Assembly: GCA_963847895.1 (NCBI GenBank)
Contig: CAWKBO010000001.1
Coordinates: forward strand, 813,266 to 877,265
Reading direction: 5' to 3'
DNA: 64,000 nucleotides
DNA from: an uncultured Gemmatimonadales bacterium
Lineage (GTDB): Bacteria > Gemmatimonadota > Gemmatimonadetes > Gemmatimonadales > GWC2-71-9
The notes under the pieces are model-generated. The model was not told the DNA's origin. It searched no databases and saw only the letters and a program-made list of their open reading frames with translations. Each line of letters begins with the position of its first letter. Position 1 is the stretch's first letter. Below, piece after piece: positions 58,430 through 64,000 of the stretch. The position numbers and the translations under genes are program-made.

Positions 58430-59824
58430 TCACGCCCAGATATTCCCCGGCGCCATCAGCCCGTGCGGATCGAGGGCCTGCTTGATGCCCACCATCACGG
58501 CGCGCTGGGCCGGTGAGAGCTGCAACGGCATCCACTTTCGCTTGAGCTTGCCGATGCCATGCTCGGCGGCAACCGTCCCGCCCATGGCGATGACCTGCTC
58601 GAGGGTCTCCCAGATCACCCGCTCGACCACCTCGACCTCGGCGTCGTTGCGCGCCACGTAGTCCTGGTGCGGATGCCCGTTCCCGGAATGCCCGTAGACC
58701 GTGGGCAGCGCCACGCGGTGTCGCTCGGCCGCCTCGCGTGCGACGCCCAGCGCGCGCTCGAGCAGCGGGTACGGCACCGCCCAGTCGGTGGCGATCCGCC
58801 GGCCGCCGTCGGCACTGAAGGCGTTGCCGCGTTCGAGCATCGTCACCGGCACGGCGTGGCGCACCAACCTGGCGGTGCGGATCTTGGCGTCGTCGTCGAA
58901 GACCAGCACATCGTCGGTCAGCGCACCGTTCGCCTCCGCCAGCTCAAGCCAGATGTCGAAGTCGAGCTCGACGTCGCCGGCGTGTTCCTCCTCGGTGTAC
59001 ACGAACGCCTCGCCGAGCCAACCGGAGCCGCCCTCTTGCGCCCGCACGATCTCGAGCGAACGCACGTCGAGGAACTCGAGGCACCGCGGCTGGATCCTCC
59101 CCGCATCCATCGCCGCGCGTGCCGCGCGAACGAACGCCAGCGCCTCCGCCTCCGCGGGGAACGGAAAGCCGAGACCGGTGACCCGCTCGGGCAACGGCAA
59201 CAGCGACAGCTCGGCCTCCACCACCACACCGAGCGTCCCCTCGCTCCCGACGAACCAGTCGACCGGGTCCTGGATCGCGGCGTAGCCCACCGTGTTCTTC
59301 TCGACCCGGCTCCGGTGCACGGTGAGGAACTCGCCATCCGCCATCGCCACCGTGAGGCCCGCGACGTGGCGTCGCGTGGCTCCGTAGCGAAGCGACCGGG
59401 CGCCCGAGGCGTTGCACGCGATCGCCCCACCGAGGGCTGCCTCCTCCTCGCTGGTCGGGTCGATCGCGAAGAGGAACCCCTCCGCGGCGAGCCGTCGCTT
59501 GAGGTCGGCCACGCCGATCCCCGGCTCGACCCGCGCCGTCATCCGCTCCCGGTCGAGGTCGAGGATCCGGTCCAGCCCTCGCACCGAGAGGATGGTCCCG
59601 TGATCGCAAATCGGCCCCGCGGTCATGCTGCTCATCCCGGCCGCCGGGGTGATCGCGGTGCGCCGGTCCCGTGCGTCGCGCACCACGTCGAGCAGCTCCT
59701 CGCGCGTGGTCGGTCTGGCCACCGCATCGGGCATCATCGTCAGGCCGGAGGCATCGGCGGCGTACGAGCGCCTCACCGCCTCGTCGCGGGTGATCACACT
59801 GGAGGGTCGCTGCGTCTGGGTCAT
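58430..59824 (-). CDS. FAD-binding oxidoreductase (GlcD/D-lactate dehydrogenase family)
   Basis: LGGAIACNASG, GSEGTLGVV, GHSGNGHPH, AEHGIGKLK, LDPHGLMAPG. Confidence 0.9.
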   Translation of the reverse strand: MTQTQRPSSVITRDEAVRRSYAADASGLTMMPDAVARPTTREELLDVVRDARDRRTAITPAAGMSSMTAGPICDHGTILSVRGLDRILDLDRERMTARVEPGIGVADLKRRLAAEGFLFAIDPTSEEEAALGGAIACNASGARSLRYGATRRHVAGLTVAMADGEFLTVHRSRVEKNTVGYAAIQDPVDWFVGSEGTLGVVVEAELSLLPLPERVTGLGFPFPAEAEALAFVRAARAAMDAGRIQPRCLEFLDVRSLEIVRAQEGGSGWLGEAFVYTEEEHAGDVELDFDIWLELAEANGALTDDVLVFDDDAKIRTARLVRHAVPVTMLERGNAFSADGGRRIATDWAVPYPLLERALGVAREAAERHRVALPTVYGHSGNGHPHQDYVARNDAEVEVVERVIWETLEQVIAMGGTVAAEHGIGKLKRKWMPLQLSPAQRAVMVGIKQALDPHGLMAPGNIWA

Positions 59825-59894
59825 CCCGTGGAATATGGCGTCAGCGCCGGCGCGGGGCGACCGGCGCGTGCCTGCGATGGCCACGGCGGCGGGC

Positions 59895-61034
59895 TCACCG
59901 CGTCCGCAGGCGGAACTGCGAGCCCGGCAGCTGTTCCACCAGTCCACCGAGCTCGAGACCGAGCAGGGTGCCGAGCAACGGACCGATCGGGAGCCCGACC
60001 TGCATCGCCAGGTCGTCGAGCTGCAGCGGGTTGGGGCCGAGCGCGTCGAAGACCCGCGCCTCGTCGGCGGTGAGGGTGCATGGCGGCGTGGGGGGGCCTG
60101 CCGGTTGCTGCTCGCGCGCGAGGCCCAGTGCCGCCAGCAGGTCCTCGGGTTCGAGGATCGGCGTGGCACCGTCACGGAGCAAACGGTTTGTACCGCGAGA
60201 ACTCGGTGCGGTGATCGGCCCCGGAACCGCGAAGACATCCCGCCCCTGTTCAAGCGCGCAGTTGACGGTGATGAGTGTCCCCGACCCTTCGGCAGCCTCG
60301 ACGACGACCAGGGCATCGGCGAGCCCGGAAATCAACCGATTGCGGCGGGGGAAGGCGCCCCGATGGCCGGGATCGCCAGGGGGATGCTCACTGAGCAGCA
60401 GTCCCTGCCCCACGATCCGTTCGAAGAGGCTGCGGTTCTCCATCGGGTAGATCCGGTCCACCCCGGTGCCGAGCACCCCGATGCTGGTGCCACCCGCCCG
60501 CAATGCCGCCCCCTGCGCCACAGCGTCGAGCCCGCGGGCCATCCCGCTCACCACCACGGCTCCGGCTGCGGCCGCGACCTCGGCGAGCCGCCCGGTCACC
60601 TCCGCTCCGTAGCGCGAATGTGCCCGACTGCCCACGATCGCCACCGCCGCTCGCCCGAGGACCGCGAGGTCCCCTCGGGCGAAGAGCACGGGAGGTGGAT
60701 CCGGGATGGAGCGGAGTCGGGCGGGAAAGCCCGGATCGGATGGCACCAGGACTCGCTGGCCGGAGCGCCGCGCCCGATCGAGCAAGCCGGCCACCTGCCG
60801 GCGATCGATTCGGCCGATCCGATCGAGCGTGCGCCTGCTGATCCTGGGAAGTCCGGCGAGGCGATGGGCCGGGACCGTCAGGACCGCAGACGCGCTGCCG
60901 AAGTGCTGGACAAGGGTGGCGATGCTGCGGGCGCCGAGGCCCGGCACCAGGGAGAGTGCCAGCCACGCGGCCCGTTCCTCCGGATCAATCGTGTCCCGGG
61001 TCGGTCTCTCCCCAGTCGAGGTCCCAGTCGCCAT
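59895..61034 (-). CDS. dprA: DNA-processing protein DprA
   Basis: VAIVGSR, VVSGMARGLD, FPRRNRLISGL, SGTLIT, VFAVPG; start approximate. Confidence 0.95.
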   Translation of the reverse strand: MATGTSTGERPTRDTIDPEERAAWLALSLVPGLGARSIATLVQHFGSASAVLTVPAHRLAGLPRISRRTLDRIGRIDRRQVAGLLDRARRSGQRVLVPSDPGFPARLRSIPDPPPVLFARGDLAVLGRAAVAIVGSRAHSRYGAEVTGRLAEVAAAAGAVVVSGMARGLDAVAQGAALRAGGTSIGVLGTGVDRIYPMENRSLFERIVGQGLLLSEHPPGDPGHRGAFPRRNRLISGLADALVVVEAAEGSGTLITVNCALEQGRDVFAVPGPITAPSSRGTNRLLRDGATPILEPEDLLAALGLAREQQPAGPPTPPCTLTADEARVFDALGPNPLQLDDLAMQVGLPIGPLLGTLLGLELGGLVEQLPGSQFRLRTR

Positions 61035-62064
61035 CGGTTGCATCTCCTCCGACGGGGGGATCCTCGTCGTCCTCGGCGGTGCGCAGCGTCCGCACCAGTT
61101 GCCAGAGTGTTTCCTGCAATCCATCGATCCCGCGACCGGTCACCGACGAGACCACCAGGGTGGGGCGCGCCTCGGGCGCATCGATCGCTGGCAGGTCGGC
61201 GTCGTCGGCCAGCAGGTCGCGCTTGCTGAGCACGACCACGAACGGCTTCGCCGCCAGCAGCGCGCTGTACCGGGCCACTTCGTGGCGCAACTGGTCGAAG
61301 GTGCCCTGGGGATCCTCGCTGTCGAGCGGGACCAGGTAGGCCAGCGCCCTGGTGCGCTCCACGTGCTGCAGGAACTTGAGCCCCAGTCCCTTCCCTTCGT
61401 GCGCCCCCTCGATGATCCCGGGAATGTCGGCGACCACGAAAGTGCGCGACCCCGACAGTCCGACAACGCCGAGGTTCGGCTCCAGCGTCGTGAAGGGATA
61501 GTCGGCGATCTTGGGACGGGCGGCACTGATCACCGACAGCAGGGTGCTCTTTCCCGCGTTCGGCTCGCCGACCAGGCCGATGTCGGCGATCAGCTTGAGC
61601 ACCAGCGCGACCCGGCGTTCCTCACCCTCGCCACCCTCCTCCCATTCCCGGGGGGCGCGGTGAGTGGCGCTGGCGTATCGGGCGTTGCCGCGACCGCCAC
61701 GACCGCCGCGCGCCAACCGCAGCGTGTCGCCGTGGTGCAGCACCTCGCCAAGGAGTTCGCCGCTCTCGGCGTCGTGCGCCTCGGTCCCCGGCGGCACCGG
61801 GAGGTACACATCCTCGGCGGTGGCGCCGGTCATGTTCTTTCCCTTGCCATGGACGCCACGGTCGGCGCGCCAGGTCGCCCGATAGCGATAGTCGAGCAAT
61901 GTCGAGAGGTTGTTGTCGGCGCGGAGCCAGACCGATCCGCCATGGCCTCCGTCGCCGCCGTCCGGACCGCCCTTGGGCTGGTACTTGAAGCGCGCGAACG
62001 AGCACGCTCCGTCCCCTCCCCGGCCGCCGTGCACCTCGACCGTCACCCGATCGACGAAGCTCAC
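60985..62064 (-). CDS. obgE: GTPase ObgE/CgtA
   Basis: GGPDGGDGGHGG, VGEPNAGKSTLL, YPFTTLEPNLG, DIPGIIEGA. Confidence 0.97.
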   Translation of the reverse strand: MSFVDRVTVEVHGGRGGDGACSFARFKYQPKGGPDGGDGGHGGSVWLRADNNLSTLLDYRYRATWRADRGVHGKGKNMTGATAEDVYLPVPPGTEAHDAESGELLGEVLHHGDTLRLARGGRGGRGNARYASATHRAPREWEEGGEGEERRVALVLKLIADIGLVGEPNAGKSTLLSVISAARPKIADYPFTTLEPNLGVVGLSGSRTFVVADIPGIIEGAHEGKGLGLKFLQHVERTRALAYLVPLDSEDPQGTFDQLRHEVARYSALLAAKPFVVVLSKRDLLADDADLPAIDAPEARPTLVVSSVTGRGIDGLQETLWQLVRTLRTAEDDEDPPVGGDATDGDWDLDWGETDPGHD

Positions 62065-62708
62065 GACAACGGGCTCCAGCTGTCCTGCACCTGTTCCCAG
62101 AGCTCCTTGATCGCCTTCCAGTCATCGTAGGTCACGAAGCTGTTCACCTCGGCGAGGGCCGCGTCGACGATGGCCACGCCTGCCCCGGCGTTGAGCGCGC
62201 CGCGCAGGTGCGAGTGGAGCTGACGGGGGGTGTTGAGCACCGCCGTCTGGGCGATCACGCAGAGCTCGCGCCGCATGAGGTCGAGTCCCGGGCGCGACAT
62301 GGTCCGACCGTATCCCTCGGTCAGCATCCAGGCATCGAGCGCCGGGTGCAGTTCGCGCACATTGTGGCGCAACTTGGCGTAGTTGTCACCGTACACCGTG
62401 CGGCAGGTCGCCTCGCCACGGCGGGTCCACTCGGGGTGGTCGGCGTAGTGCAGGTCGTCATCGCCCCCGGTGGGCGGCACACCGGTCGCCTTCCGCCAGA
62501 GCGCCGCGGCCACCAGGGTGCGGGGCCAACCGACCATCAGCACCGACTGCAGCAGCAGTTCGTCGCCCCAGACCGGTGACACGCCAGCGGCGACCGCTTC
62601 CGCCACGCGATCGCGCACCTCCGGCTCCTCGCCCTGGGCGATGGCCGCCGCCAGCGCCACCAGGGCACGGGTGGCGGGGTCAAGCGGTGGACGGGTCGGG
62701 TCGGTCAT
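62061..62708 (-). CDS. Carboxymuconolactone decarboxylase (CMD/AhpD-like) family protein
   Basis: EGYGRTMSRPGLDLMRRELC...QLHSHLRGALNAG. Confidence 0.8.
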   Translation of the reverse strand: MTDPTRPPLDPATRALVALAAAIAQGEEPEVRDRVAEAVAAGVSPVWGDELLLQSVLMVGWPRTLVAAALWRKATGVPPTGGDDDLHYADHPEWTRRGEATCRTVYGDNYAKLRHNVRELHPALDAWMLTEGYGRTMSRPGLDLMRRELCVIAQTAVLNTPRQLHSHLRGALNAGAGVAIVDAALAEVNSFVTYDDWKAIKELWEQVQDSWSPLS

Positions 62709-62724
62709 CGCGTCGCTCCCGGGT

Positions 62725-63726
62725 TCAGGTGATCGCCAGACCGCCGCGAAGTTCAGTGCGACCGGTCTCGACCCCTCGCGTGTTGCGGATCGCCGGCTGG
62801 TTCCACCGAGCGACCGCCTCGAACGGCCACTCGCGATCCGGCGCAACCTCGGCGACCAGCCGCTCGAGGATCGCCACCAGGGCGATCGCCGCAGCACGCA
62901 TGTCGCCGTCCTCGACCTTGAGCGCCACCCCGAGTCGCTGTTCCGGCAGCGCGGCAGCGTAGACACCATCCGCCCCGACCTTGACCACGATCCGGCCCGG
63001 CCAGGCAGCCATCAATGCGGTGTCGAGCCGACCGCTACCCGCCACCAGCTCAGGATGGGACATCATCGCAGCACGGATCACCGCGATCGACGGATCATGG
63101 TCGGCCCCGAGCCGTGCCCAGGCCAGCGCGAGCCGGTCGAGCGGGGTCGCGACCGCCGCCGCCGTGCATCCGTCGACTCCCCAGTGCAACTCGTCAGCAT
63201 CCAGATCGGTCCACCGAGCGAGCGAGGCGGCCACCGCGTCCTGGACCGGGTGACCCAGCGCCTGATAGCCGGCAATGGGCCAACCCTCCATCACCGCCAG
63301 CGCCAGCATCGCCGAGTGCTTGCCCGAGCAGTTGCTCCAGAGCGGCCCCGGCTTCACCCCATCGCGGATCATCGCCTCCGCCACGGTCGGCGAGAGCGAA
63401 GGATGCCCGCCGCAAGACAACGCCTCCTCGCCGAGCCCGAGAACCTCCAGCCAGGCCGCCACCAGCTCCCGGTGCATCGGCTCGGCGTTGTGCGAGGCGC
63501 AGGCGATCGCCAGCATCCGCTGGTCGAGCCCGAAGCGGGCCACCCCACCACCATTGACCAACGGCCAGAGCTGGAATGGCTTGGCACAGGAGCGCCAGAA
63601 GATCGGCTCGCCGCCCTCTCGGTTGCCGGCCACGCGCCGCCCGGTCGAGTCCACCACGGAAAGGGCGATCCGATGGCGGGACTCGATCCGGTCGCCGCGC
63701 AGGTCCACCACGACAAGGTCGGTCAT
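62725..63726 (-). CDS. L-asparaginase II family (Rhizobium AnsA-type)
   Basis: [32 protein letters not shown]. Confidence 0.9.
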   Translation of the reverse strand: MTDLVVVDLRGDRIESRHRIALSVVDSTGRRVAGNREGGEPIFWRSCAKPFQLWPLVNGGGVARFGLDQRMLAIACASHNAEPMHRELVAAWLEVLGLGEEALSCGGHPSLSPTVAEAMIRDGVKPGPLWSNCSGKHSAMLALAVMEGWPIAGYQALGHPVQDAVAASLARWTDLDADELHWGVDGCTAAAVATPLDRLALAWARLGADHDPSIAVIRAAMMSHPELVAGSGRLDTALMAAWPGRIVVKVGADGVYAAALPEQRLGVALKVEDGDMRAAAIALVAILERLVAEVAPDREWPFEAVARWNQPAIRNTRGVETGRTELRGGLAIT

Positions 63727-63787
63727 CGCGGGCCAAGATACCCGGAGGCAGTCGCGCCCGTCACCTCGGCGGACCTACCTTCAAGCC

Positions 63788-64000
63788 ATGACAACGACGA
63801 TCGCCGAACTCTCCCTCCACCGGGTGACCGACCTCCTCGAGCGGATCGAGGGACTCCGGGCCGCCGTGGTCGGCGACGTGATGCTCGACCGATACCTCCT
63901 CGGCGATGTCGAGCGGATCTCGCCGGAGGCCCCCGTCCCGGTGGTTTCGGTGACCGAGGACTGGTCCACCCCCGGCGGAGCCGCCAACGTCGCTGCCAAC
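63788..64000 (+). CDS. rfaE1: D-glycero-beta-D-manno-heptose-7-phosphate kinase, 5' part
   Basis: Manual translation from ATG 63788: ...[27 protein letters not shown]...[10 protein letters not shown]. Confidence 0.9.
   Translation, partial: MTTTIAELSLHRVTDLLERIEGLRAAVVGDVMLDRYLLGDVERISPEAPVPVVSVTEDWSTPGGAANVAAN

Noticed and set aside
57290..58440. CIRCE element expected near hrcA
   Set aside because: No TTAGCACTC-N9-GAGTGCTAA match was seen upstream of hrcA, hemW or dnaJ.

Overview
High-GC bacterial chromosomal segment, most consistent with a Gemmatimonadota genome (inferred from gene content, gene order and lineage-typical small proteins; not proven). Almost all genes are on the minus strand. 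The housekeeping backbone, in coordinate order, is dxs(partial)-ispA-xseB-xseA-folD-rny-zapA-pheT-pheS-rplT-rpmI-infC; MBL hydrolase-DnaQ-like-rex-rsmA-RsbU/W/V-pta-coaD-rsmD-recJ-Zn ribbon-dnaG-mutS2-yqeY-rpsU; and GH89-HIT-rsmE-prmA-dnaJ-hrcA-hemW-FAD oxidoreductase-dprA-obgE-CMD-asparaginase, followed by a divergent partial rfaE1. Three accessory modules stand out. (1) A ~15.5 kb tightly coupled energy-conservation operon: korA-korB-unknown protein-rnfB-giant PFOR-like enzyme (1686 aa, with a tethered C-terminal ferredoxin)-rnfCDGEA, then a 46-aa TM+4Cys peptide missed by the ORF track, apbE and a 9-Cys protein. (2) A CzcCBA-type efflux operon headed by a signal-peptide/CxxC/RGPP upstream ORF, a candidate metal-sensing ribosome-arrest peptide. 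(3) A lower-GC islet with a small secreted 4-Cys peptide, a terminator-like hairpin and a beta-propeller lipoprotein. Regulatory signals read directly from the DNA include a perfect Rex operator over a probable leaderless rex promoter, a CTG start codon and L20-leader-like region for infC, several leaderless-type promoters and a heptamer tandem repeat. folD (3 sites), pheT (1 site) and one small membrane gene carry +1 frameshifts that look like assembly errors. No rRNA, tRNA, CRISPR array or transposase was recognised.
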